From: an uncultured Methanosarcinales archaeon
GTDB taxonomy: Archaea; Nanobdellota; Nanobdellia; Woesearchaeales; UBA12501
Reading direction: 5' to 3'
Assembly (NCBI GenBank): GCA_964397315.1
Contig: CAYNHV010000017.1
Coordinates: forward strand, 1 to 32,130
Length of the DNA stretch: 32,130 bases
Positions 17,016-25,141 of the stretch are shown here, piece by piece (position 1 is the first letter of the stretch; each line of letters opens with the position of its first letter). The position numbers and the translations under genes were made by a program. Under the pieces are notes generated by a model. It saw nothing but the letters and a program-made list of their open reading frames with translations. It had not been told where the DNA came from and ran no database searches.

Positions 17016-17180
17016 TTACTCCTTCTCAAGCATCTCAGCCAGGATGTCGTCGCTGGCATCCTCTTCAACCACTTTCTCCCTTATTATCTCAACAGTGGCG
17101 CCGTTCTTCAGGCTGTACTCCATCCTCTCCCACTCTATGTCAGGAGATCCCGACCTGGGCCTTGTCTTTTTTATTTTCAT
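17016..17180 (-). CDS. Small hypothetical protein (54 aa, not in the ORF track)
   Basis: MKIKKTRPRSGSPDIEWERMEYSLKNGATVEIIREKVVEEDASDDILAEMLEKE*; GGGGTGG RBS just upstream and TATA-like sequence further up. Confidence 0.6.
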   Translation of the reverse strand: MKIKKTRPRSGSPDIEWERMEYSLKNGATVEIIREKVVEEDASDDILAEMLEKE

Positions 17181-17282
17181 GCTCCACCCCCTTTTATGAG
17201 CAATATAACACCCTTATATATGGTTCTGAGAGTATAAAAAGTTTATGATTAGAATATATGCCCGGCGTGTTTTCATATACCC

Positions 17283-17775
17283 TTCAGGGTTTGCCGCCTC
17301 AAATAGTTTTATGTCAAAAACCACCGGTCAGAGACCGGTGGCATGAAGCGAAAGCTTCATTCTCATTCTTTATTGACCTGTGGTTTTTGAGCATGCTCAG
17401 AAATATACCCTCTGCGGATATGCCTTTGTGGACTTTGTCCACTGGTTAAATAAACCAGTGGTATATTTCTGACATATTAAATGTGGTGCTTTTTCCAGAG
17501 TTTGCCTCCACCCTCCTTGCTTCTACAATCTCTTTTTCCAGCCCTCAGTCCCCCATCAACAGCTTTAGAGCACAAATCCCAGCCTGAGCGCACCTGAGCA
17601 AATTACTGGGCTGGGCTTATTTGAGAGAGTAGAGTGAAGTTGTGCAGTTTCAGAAGGAAAAAACCTGCATGATGGTTGTTGAATAAGGGCGGGAAGAATC
17701 ATGAATTAACTTAATAATCCTCCCACCAAAAGGGCGGGAAGCACCATGAGTTATTAACATTAACCTATCCTCATA
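17283..17775 (+). repeat. Dispersed intergenic repeat family, copy 3 (two units; interrupted by MITE copy B)
   Basis: GTTTGCCGCCTCAA (17289-17302) identical to 13851-13864; core 17494-17700 closely matches 13960-14145; units at 17687 and 17732. Confidence 0.85.
17312..17474. mobile_element. 163-bp non-autonomous palindromic element (MITE/PATE-like), copy B
   Basis: 161/163 identical to 5265-5427, same orientation; both copies followed by TATTAA. Confidence 0.75.
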
Positions 17776-17792
17776 AGCTTTGGAAATTTGCA

Positions 17793-19190
17793 TCAGGACT
17801 TGGTCTTGTATGACTCAACAGCCTTGACTATGTCCTTGCCCTTGCTCCAGTCAAGCACTGTGCATGCCACCAGGTCTCCCATCACGTTCAGGGCAGCCCT
17901 TGACATCTCAAGTATCCTGTCAACGCCGAGGATCAGGGGCACTCCAGCAAGGGGTATGCCCGCGCTCGTAAGCACTGAGGAGAGTATTATTATCCCCACG
18001 CCTGGTGTTGCGGGCGTGCCTATTGATGCCCCGACTGCAGTGACAATAAGGGCGAGCAGGACTGAGAGGGGAAGGTGCAGGCCGAAAAGCTGGGCCATGA
18101 ACATTGTTGCAAGACCCTGGTAAAGGGCTGTTCCGCTCATGTTGACAGTGGCTCCCACTGGTATGACAAACTGGGAGACTGAAGGGTTTATCTTCATCTT
18201 TTCCTCAGCAGTCTTTATTGACAAAGGGATGACTGCTGCAGAGCTGTCTGTGGAGAATGCCATCAAAAGCGCTTCCTTGCTGTCCAAGAGGAACCTCAGG
18301 GGATTCCTCCTTCCAAGGGTCCACACCACAAGCAGGAAGAACAGCATAAGGATGAGAAGGCCTAAAAGCACGGTGAGCACGTACATGCCAAGACCTATAA
18401 GAACGTCAAGGCCTGTGTTCAAGGTCACTTTTGCTATGAGGCCGAACACAGCAAGCGGAGCTATGTACATGACCCACCTCACTATCGCCATGCAGACTGA
18501 CTGCACAGAGCCCATGAGGTCAAGAACCGGTTTTGCTGTCTTCTTGTTCAGGGCCATAACTGCAAAGCCCACTATGAATGAGAGGATGACAACCTGGAGC
18601 ATCTGGGAGTTGAGCATTGCGCCGAGGGGGTTTGTCGGTATTATGGAAACCATCTCCCTGGGCAGTGTCTTGAGGCTGAAAGTCTTGCCATCGCCTGCGC
18701 CTGCAATCTCCTCTGTTATTGCTGTCTGGTTCACGTTCTCCTTAAGGAGTTCAGGGTCAATGAAGCTTCCAGGCTGTACTGCATGGCCTATGACAATGCC
18801 TATGGTGACAGCAATAGCTGATATTATGAGGAAGTAAGCCACAAGTATGATGCCCTTTCTTTTAAGTTTCTTCAGGCTTCCGCTTGCTGTCACTCCCTTG
18901 AGGACAGAAGCAAAGACAAGCGGCACCACAACCATCTGGATTATCGCGAGAAAGAACAAGCCAGGAAGGGAGAGCCACTCGCCTATAAGAGAGGATGTCT
19001 CCCTGCTGACAACACTCATTGTAGGGCCGAGAATCACCCCAACAATAACGCCGAGGATCATGCCCACGATTATCTGAAGCCACAGCTTGTGCTTCAGGAG
19101 CTTGAGAAGATGCTCGTTCATCTCCTTGAGGTGCGAGGGATGCATTAATCCCAGGGAAGTGCCAAGAATCCCTCTTTTTCCCATTGCCAT
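17793..19190 (-). CDS. Dicarboxylate/amino acid:cation symporter (DAACS, GltP/GltPh family)
   Basis: VVPLVFASV, IPTNP, AFSTDSSAAVIP, GATVNMSGTALY, GVDRILEMSR..NVMGD. Confidence 0.93.
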   Translation of the reverse strand: MAMGKRGILGTSLGLMHPSHLKEMNEHLLKLLKHKLWLQIIVGMILGVIVGVILGPTMSVVSRETSSLIGEWLSLPGLFFLAIIQMVVVPLVFASVLKGVTASGSLKKLKRKGIILVAYFLIISAIAVTIGIVIGHAVQPGSFIDPELLKENVNQTAITEEIAGAGDGKTFSLKTLPREMVSIIPTNPLGAMLNSQMLQVVILSFIVGFAVMALNKKTAKPVLDLMGSVQSVCMAIVRWVMYIAPLAVFGLIAKVTLNTGLDVLIGLGMYVLTVLLGLLILMLFFLLVVWTLGRRNPLRFLLDSKEALLMAFSTDSSAAVIPLSIKTAEEKMKINPSVSQFVIPVGATVNMSGTALYQGLATMFMAQLFGLHLPLSVLLALIVTAVGASIGTPATPGVGIIILSSVLTSAGIPLAGVPLILGVDRILEMSRAALNVMGDLVACTVLDWSKGKDIVKAVESYKTKS

Positions 19191-19244
19191 GATGAAGAGT
19201 ATCCTCAGCTTGTATTTAAATTTTCTTTAAAACAAGGGATAATT

Positions 19245-20450
19245 TTACCTCCTCCTCAGAACATAAACCCTGTCGTTCCTCCTCACTCTGTTCCTGAGCC
19301 TGACTCCAACACTCCTGCCTTTCTCAGCCCTCTCAATCTTCCTTCCGTTTATCTCCATTGAGTCTGCAGTCTGCTCAACAACACCTGTGGTGGGGCCCTG
19401 GAACATCAGCCTGTCTCCTTTTTGCAGGCTTCCTGCCTCGAGCATTATCTCGGCAGCAGAGGGCTTTGGGTAGTAATTCCTTACAAAACCAAGGTATGTC
19501 TTCTTCTCTGTCGCTTTTGTCTCAGGGCTTGTCCACTCATCCATGGGCTTTCCAAGGAAGAAGCCTGAGCTGAATCCCCTGTTGTACACGGTGCCGAGCT
19601 TTCTCATGAGCCTGTTCTTCAGCTCTCTTGTGAGCCTTCCCTCAGCATAGGCGTCAATGGCTGCCCTGTAGCACTCAGTGACTGTCTTCACGTATTCAGG
19701 GCTTCTTGCCCTCCCCTCTATCTTGAACGCGTCAATTCCCGCTCTTATCAGCTTTTCAATGAAAGGCAGGGCGCACAAATCTTTAGGGCTCATGACATGA
19801 TCATCCCCAAGCTCAAGCTCATGGCCCTCCTCAACATCTGTAAGATGCACAGCATACTTCCTCCTGCACGGCTGCAGGCAGTCCCCCCTGTTGGCGCTTC
19901 TTCCGAAGACGTGGTGGCTCATGAAGCACCTGCCTGAGATTGAGACGCACATTGCTCCGTGCACAAACACCTCCAGCTGCATTCCTGAATCCCTTTTCAG
20001 GCGCTTCAGCTGGCTGAGGCTGAGCTCTCTTGCAGGGATTATCCTTTCTGCGCCGAGCCTCTTGTAAAACAATGCTGCTTCTGTGTTTGAGACTGATGCC
20101 TGGGTGCTTATGTGCAGAGGCATTCCTGCTCTTTTAGCCTCTTTAATGACTGCAGGGTCCCAGCAGATTACCGCGTCAATGCCTGCCTCTTTTGCCTTCC
20201 TGACAGCCTTCCTCATCCTGTCCAGCTCACTGTCATACACTATTGTGTTGAGTGTGAGGTATGCTTTTACATTGCTCTCATGGCACGCCCTGGCTGCCCT
20301 GCTCAGCTGGCCAAGGCTGAAGTTTCCTGCAGTGGCTCTCATGTTAAGGCCTTTCAGGCCGAAGTACACTGCGTCAGCTCCCGCGCCAACCCCTGCCTTT
20401 AGGCTGGCAAAATCAGATGCCGGGCTGAGAAGCTCTGGTTTTCTTAGCAT
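19245..20450 (-). CDS. Peptidase U32 family protein (Fe-S hydroxylation family)
   Basis: PELLSPA, GADAVYFG, HISTQAS, EVFVHGAMCVSISGRC, NRGDCLQPCR, MSPKDLC, KIEGR. Start ATG 20450 with TTTATAAA at 20473-20480. Confidence 0.92.
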   Translation of the reverse strand: MLRKPELLSPASDFASLKAGVGAGADAVYFGLKGLNMRATAGNFSLGQLSRAARACHESNVKAYLTLNTIVYDSELDRMRKAVRKAKEAGIDAVICWDPAVIKEAKRAGMPLHISTQASVSNTEAALFYKRLGAERIIPARELSLSQLKRLKRDSGMQLEVFVHGAMCVSISGRCFMSHHVFGRSANRGDCLQPCRRKYAVHLTDVEEGHELELGDDHVMSPKDLCALPFIEKLIRAGIDAFKIEGRARSPEYVKTVTECYRAAIDAYAEGRLTRELKNRLMRKLGTVYNRGFSSGFFLGKPMDEWTSPETKATEKKTYLGFVRNYYPKPSAAEIMLEAGSLQKGDRLMFQGPTTGVVEQTADSMEINGRKIERAEKGRSVGVRLRNRVRRNDRVYVLRRR

Positions 20451-20482
20451 AAGCCAGGCACTATCCATGAGATTTATAAATC

Positions 20483-21022
20483 TTAGTATTCTATGCCCTT
20501 GACGTATTCCGGCCTTGAGGGCTGCTTCAGTGTCTTCAGCTCTGTGACAAAATCAGCTATCTCAAATAATTCTTTGGGGTTCTCCCTTCCGGTTATGTAG
20601 GTGTGTGTTTTTGAGGGCACCTTTTTGAGGAGGTCAAGAACATCCTCAAAATCAACAAGCCCTCTTGCTGCCGCAAGCCCGAGCTCGTCAAGCACAAGAA
20701 GATCGGGCCTCTCCTTAACCGACCTTTTTGCGATTCTTATGCCGTCCATGACCTTCTTGCAGTCCTCATCAGAGGGATTCTTCAGGTCTATGAAGCTTTT
20801 TGTTCCTGCCTGGTAAACCCTGTAGTTCTTCAGTTCCTTCTGGATCTTGTACTCACCTATGTCTTTCCTGCCTTTCATGAACTGCACTATCACGACTTTC
20901 TTGTTGTGGCCGAGCATCCTCATGGCAACGCCAAACGCGGATGTGGTCTTTCCAGCGCCCTCTCCTGTGTAGAGGTGCACTGTTGTCCTTATTGCCTTTT
21001 TTGCTCTTTTTATGCAGGGCAT
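20483..21022 (-). CDS. cobO: Cob(I)alamin/cob(I)yrinate adenosyltransferase (CobA/BtuR/CobO family)
   Basis: LYTGEGAGKTTSAFG, VQFMKG, LVLDE, ITGR, IADFVTE, KGIEY. Probable start ATG 21022 overlapping the nrdJ end. Confidence 0.9.
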   Translation of the reverse strand: MPCIKRAKKAIRTTVHLYTGEGAGKTTSAFGVAMRMLGHNKKVVIVQFMKGRKDIGEYKIQKELKNYRVYQAGTKSFIDLKNPSDEDCKKVMDGIRIAKRSVKERPDLLVLDELGLAAARGLVDFEDVLDLLKKVPSKTHTYITGRENPKELFEIADFVTELKTLKQPSRPEYVKGIEY

Positions 21023-22731
21023 ATTCCGCTTGGGCATTTCTTCACCCCCAGGCTGAGGACCTGCTCTTTCCTGCTCCTGTCCCTGTAGACTGTTATCCCC
21101 TTGCACTTTGAATCATAAGCGAGCATGAATGCCTTCTCCACGTCCTTTTTCGTGGCAGTGCTTTTCATGTTTATTGTCTTTGATACTGCATTGTCAGTGT
21201 GCTTCTGGAAGGCTGCCTGCATTTTCACGTGCTGCTCAGGGCTTATGTCATGCGCTGTGGCAAACAGCTTTCTTATGTCTGGAGGCACCTCCCTTATTCC
21301 TCTCAGTGTGCCCTTTCTGGCTATCCTGTAGATGAGGTCCCTGCTGTAGAATCCCCTCTCCTTTGCTGTCTTTCTGAAGAGGGGGTTGACATCCACCAGG
21401 TCCTTTCCGTCCAGCACATGCCTGACAAATGCTACGCCAAATATTGGCTCTATTGAGAATGAGCAGTCAGCTATTATGCTGACAGTCCCTGTGGGCTGCA
21501 GCGAGTTTGTTGTTGCATTCCTCATCCTCCTGTGTTTCTTCCATATGCTCCTGCTGAAGTTAGGGAAGCTGCCTTTCTTTTCAGCTATCCTCTCTGACTG
21601 GCTCTTTGACTCCTCTTTTATGAATTTCATTATATTCTCTCCAGTGCTCACTGCCTCGTCAGAGTCATAGGGTATTCGAAGCATTATGAGCATGTCAGCA
21701 AATCCCATCACCCCCATGCCTATCCTCCTGTTGGCAAGGGTCATCTTTCTTATCTCCTCAAGAGGGTACTTGTTCCTGTCAATAACATTGTCAAGGAAGG
21801 TTATGCCAAGCTTCACGAGCCTCTTCAGCTTCTGCCAGTCTATACTATACTTGTTCCTCTCACCCTTCTTCAGGACTTTTGACAGGTTTATTGCTCCTAG
21901 ATTGCATGACTCGTAAGGCAGGAGGGGAAGCTCTGCGCAGGGGTTTGTGGCCTCAATTCTTCCAACTCCTGGAGTTGGGTTTTTCCTGTTTATCTCGTCA
22001 ATGAATATGAGGCAGGGGTCTCCGCATTTCCATGCAGACTCTGCAATTGACCTAAAAAGCTTTCCTGCATTGACTTTCTTTGCTGTCTTTCCTGTTCTCG
22101 GGCTCACAAGGCTGAAGCTCTTTCCTGCCTTGACAGCCTTCATGAACCTGTCTGTTATGCCGACAGAAAGGTTGAAGTTCTTCATTGCAACAGGGTCCCT
22201 GCTTTTAATCATTATGAACTTCTCAATGTCAGGATGATCAACCCTGAGAATTCCCTGATTGGCCCCTCTTCTCTTTCCGCCCTGCTTTATTATGTCAGTT
22301 GACCTGTCAAAGAGGCTCATGAATGACACCGGCCCGCTTGAAGCGCCCTTGGTTGACATCACAGTATCTCCCTCCTGCCTTAGCCTGCTGAAGTCAAAGC
22401 CTGTTCCACCTCCTGTCTGGTGTATCATAGCAGAATGCTTCAGAGTCTCATAGATGCTCTCAAGAGAGTCCTCTATCGGAAGGACAAAGCATGCTGAAAG
22501 CTGGCCGAGGCTTGTTCCCGCGTTCATGAGCGTCGGAGTGTTGGGAAGGAACTCAAGCTGTGACATTGCATCATAGAATTCTTTTTCCTGCTTTTTTGTC
22601 TCTGCAACAGCCTTCGCCACCCTCCTGAAGAGCTGGTCAGGAGTCTCCCTGACCCTTCTTTTCCTGTCCCTGAGAAGATACCTCTCTTTCAGCACCTTCC
22701 TGGAGTTGGTGCTAAGTCTTGTTCCTGCCAT
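21010..22731 (-). CDS. nrdJ: Class II (adenosylcobalamin-dependent) ribonucleotide reductase
   Basis: FLPNTPTLMNAG, LSACFV, GGGTG, QGGKRRGA, ATNPCAE, ESCNLG, PTGT, NAVSKTIN, KGITVYRD, C-terminal CPSGIC; no ATP cone. Confidence 0.93.
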   Translation of the reverse strand: MAGTRLSTNSRKVLKERYLLRDRKRRVRETPDQLFRRVAKAVAETKKQEKEFYDAMSQLEFLPNTPTLMNAGTSLGQLSACFVLPIEDSLESIYETLKHSAMIHQTGGGTGFDFSRLRQEGDTVMSTKGASSGPVSFMSLFDRSTDIIKQGGKRRGANQGILRVDHPDIEKFIMIKSRDPVAMKNFNLSVGITDRFMKAVKAGKSFSLVSPRTGKTAKKVNAGKLFRSIAESAWKCGDPCLIFIDEINRKNPTPGVGRIEATNPCAELPLLPYESCNLGAINLSKVLKKGERNKYSIDWQKLKRLVKLGITFLDNVIDRNKYPLEEIRKMTLANRRIGMGVMGFADMLIMLRIPYDSDEAVSTGENIMKFIKEESKSQSERIAEKKGSFPNFSRSIWKKHRRMRNATTNSLQPTGTVSIIADCSFSIEPIFGVAFVRHVLDGKDLVDVNPLFRKTAKERGFYSRDLIYRIARKGTLRGIREVPPDIRKLFATAHDISPEQHVKMQAAFQKHTDNAVSKTINMKSTATKKDVEKAFMLAYDSKCKGITVYRDRSRKEQVLSLGVKKCPSGICPA

Positions 22732-22859
22732 AAGGCATCCAGAAGCATGAATGGCCCGGATTATATAAATATTGCCTAAGCGTGTATTTCCTGGAAAACC
22801 CCATGATTAAAAACCTGATGATGATAATCTACAAAGAACATTCCTGCCCCTGAGCCTTT

Positions 22860-23936
22860 TCAGCTTACATACTCTTTCTCACTGTTGCTGCCCATGTGAA
22901 CCTTCAGCTTTTCAAGGTCAGGAGCGTACTCTCCAACAAGGTATCCCCTCTCTTTTGTCCCAAGCGCGAACCTTACTGCATCATTCAGTATGACTGCTGT
23001 TCCCGTGTCCCCGTCGCTCCACTCCTTCAGGTCAAAGCCTGCTGAGTGCTCTGTATTCCCTTTTCTGCCGTACATGTCTATGATGTTCCTGTCGCCTGCA
23101 AAAGGATGCATGAAAAGGTCAAACCATATCCTCCACTCTCCATCATGCGTTATAACACAATGCTCGTGAATGCCCAGAACTTTCCCCTCTTTTACCTTCC
23201 CCCTGCCTTCAAGCACAAAAGGGTCTCCTGCAAGCAGGGGCTGCCTGTAGAACTCCATTTCGTAATTATCCTCTCCAAGAATGTTGTCTCCCAGGAATCT
23301 CATTGAGTCCTCAAGCCCGCAATGCCCTAGCCTGCCCTCTTTTTCAAGCTTTTCAAACTCCTGCACTGTCAGGCCCAGGCCTGTTTTTTCCTGCAGCCTC
23401 TTTCTCCTGTAAAGCGTGTTTGTGTTCCTCTCAAGAATCATGCCCTTAAGACCATCTGGAAGGGAGAAATGCTCCCTGCATTTCATGAGCGCAAACGACT
23501 CAAAGCCTCCAGGGTTTATGCCTGTGGGTATTATGGCGGCATTATTCTCCTGCGCGAGCCTGTCAAGGCTTTCAACATCAGAAGGATAACTGCAGACAGG
23601 ATAGAATGCCTCCTCACAGCAGGTTATTATTGCCTTAACATCCCTTAGAAGGGCCTGCGTCATTGAGGGAATTATGTCTTCCCAGTAGGAGCTTGTTGCG
23701 AGCATGAGAATCTCGGGCTTTTCCTTCTCCAGCATCTCTTTTGGATCCTGGTACACTCTTACCATGTCAGCCCTGTCATCTTCCGGGCGCTTTTTGAGAA
23801 GGTCTCCCAGGCTCTTTCCCTTATAATCATGGTTTACATCTGCAGCCCCCACAATCTCATGCTTCTCCTGACTTAGCATGATCTCTGCTGTCCTGAGACC
23901 TATGTCCCCCAGGCCCTGAAACGCCACCCTTGCCAT
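22860..23936 (-). CDS. NAD(P)-dependent dehydrogenase, DapB-like / 2,4-diaminopentanoate dehydrogenase family
   Basis: Rossmann motif VAFQGLGDIG, IVGAADV, TCCEE, TGINPG, GHCGL, GDTGTA. Confidence 0.7.
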   Translation of the reverse strand: MARVAFQGLGDIGLRTAEIMLSQEKHEIVGAADVNHDYKGKSLGDLLKKRPEDDRADMVRVYQDPKEMLEKEKPEILMLATSSYWEDIIPSMTQALLRDVKAIITCCEEAFYPVCSYPSDVESLDRLAQENNAAIIPTGINPGGFESFALMKCREHFSLPDGLKGMILERNTNTLYRRKRLQEKTGLGLTVQEFEKLEKEGRLGHCGLEDSMRFLGDNILGEDNYEMEFYRQPLLAGDPFVLEGRGKVKEGKVLGIHEHCVITHDGEWRIWFDLFMHPFAGDRNIIDMYGRKGNTEHSAGFDLKEWSDGDTGTAVILNDAVRFALGTKERGYLVGEYAPDLEKLKVHMGSNSEKEYVS

Positions 23937-24019
23937 TGCATGAAAAGAAACAATAATTATTTAAAAAGTTATCTACTCCTGAATAGTATGAGAAACGGTG
24001 TGTCTGCAGAGAAGCTACC

Positions 24020-24664
24020 TCACCTTATGTCCTCAATGTTGATCATGCTTTTCCTGAAGTCCTCAAATATTCTCGGGCAGGCAGTGTTGACCCAGCACTC
24101 AACAAAAGGGAAGTTATCAAGGTATCCCTCCTGCAGGGTGTTGAACGCAAAAAGATAGAAGTTCTTGTCGCTGTACTTCTTCCTCACCTCTTTGATCCTT
24201 TCCGTGCCTCCCTGCACTCTTGCCTGGCCCTTTTTCACTGAGATCAGGATTCCGATATTGTCTGAGGACAGGAATCTTGAGAGGGCGGCCTTCTTTCTCT
24301 TCTCAATGGCTTCTGCATCCTTTTTTGTCATCTTAACAGCTTTTCCTGTGAAGGGGTTTGCAGCTATGACCTCAATGCCTGTTTTCATCATGACACCCAG
24401 GGGGTGGAACCTTCCGGATCCCACATAGATTATCTTGTCAGTATTGTCCGGCACAGGAGGCACCCTGCAGCCCAGGACCTGTCCGCTTACCACTGCGCTG
24501 ATTTTGTTTTCTTCCAGAAACCTTCTTGCCTCCTCAAGCTTGTGGAGGTGCTGTATTGTGCTCATCAGGGCAGCATTGCCCCCTTCTTTCAGGTGCCTGA
24601 ATGCCTCTCTCATGGCAGGCATGATGTCAGCTTCAGACCTTGCCTCAATATGTATTTTTTTCAT
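24020..24664 (-). CDS. dph2: Diphthamide synthesis protein Dph2, N-terminally shortened
   Basis: STIQH, GQVLGC, YVGSGRFH, SVKKGQ, WVNTACPRI; only 214 aa. Confidence 0.85.
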   Translation of the reverse strand: MKKIHIEARSEADIMPAMREAFRHLKEGGNAALMSTIQHLHKLEEARRFLEENKISAVVSGQVLGCRVPPVPDNTDKIIYVGSGRFHPLGVMMKTGIEVIAANPFTGKAVKMTKKDAEAIEKRKKAALSRFLSSDNIGILISVKKGQARVQGGTERIKEVRKKYSDKNFYLFAFNTLQEGYLDNFPFVECWVNTACPRIFEDFRKSMINIEDIR

Positions 24665-24686
24665 CCTGCTCTCCTCTAACCAGTTG

Positions 24687-25025
24687 TCAGCATGTTCCGT
24701 GCATTATTGCAGCAGCCCTTCTGCCCTCATTCTCAAGCCTGTTATACTCCTGGCATGCCTTTCCTGTGTTCTCAACAATGACCTCAATGCCACTGTCTTT
24801 TATGTACCTCAGCGCTTCTTCAGGCACTTCAAGAGCTCCTGAAGCTCCTTTCCCTATGACAATCACCTCAGGCCCTGCTTCAACAAGCCTTTTCATGTCC
24901 TCCATCTTCAGGGAGTGGCTGTCCCTGCTGTCCCACGTCCCTACTTTGTGGTCTATTATTGTTATGTCATAGGTGTATTCCTTTCCGTCTATGACATATT
25001 TTCCAAATTCATAGTGCTCTATCAT
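24687..25025 (-). CDS. Mth938-like (DUF498/598) protein
   Basis: IEHYEFG..VIDGKEY..D, PEVIVIGKG..G, TGKACQEYN, HGTC terminus. Confidence 0.9.
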   Translation of the reverse strand: MIEHYEFGKYVIDGKEYTYDITIIDHKVGTWDSRDSHSLKMEDMKRLVEAGPEVIVIGKGASGALEVPEEALRYIKDSGIEVIVENTGKACQEYNRLENEGRRAAAIMHGTC

Positions 25026-25141
25026 ATGCCTAAATTATGCATCAAACTTTAAAAAGTTAACTAACCTTACAATAAAGAGACTGTCACACTCCGAACTGGC
25101 AGGCTTCCGGAGCATTTATAGAAAACTTTCTCAAGCCTTTC

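Noticed and set aside
17258..17449. Short ORFs across the repeats (also 5399-5593, 5430-5651, 14096-14302)
   Set aside because: They run through hairpin or repeat DNA, are not preserved between copies and show no protein motifs.
5265..17474. Composite transposon or integrated element bounded by the two 163-bp direct repeats
   Set aside because: The enclosed 12 kb holds housekeeping genes (guaA, AMP phosphorylase, tRNA-Val), no recombinase and no flanking TSD; independent insertions are simpler.
13960..17700. DGR template/variable repeat pair
   Set aside because: Differences between copies include indels and all base types rather than adenine-specific changes; the copies are intergenic and no reverse transcriptase is present.
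21010..22731. Intein or intron in nrdJ
   Set aside because: The ORF is continuous and compact, with no intein splice motifs or insertions.
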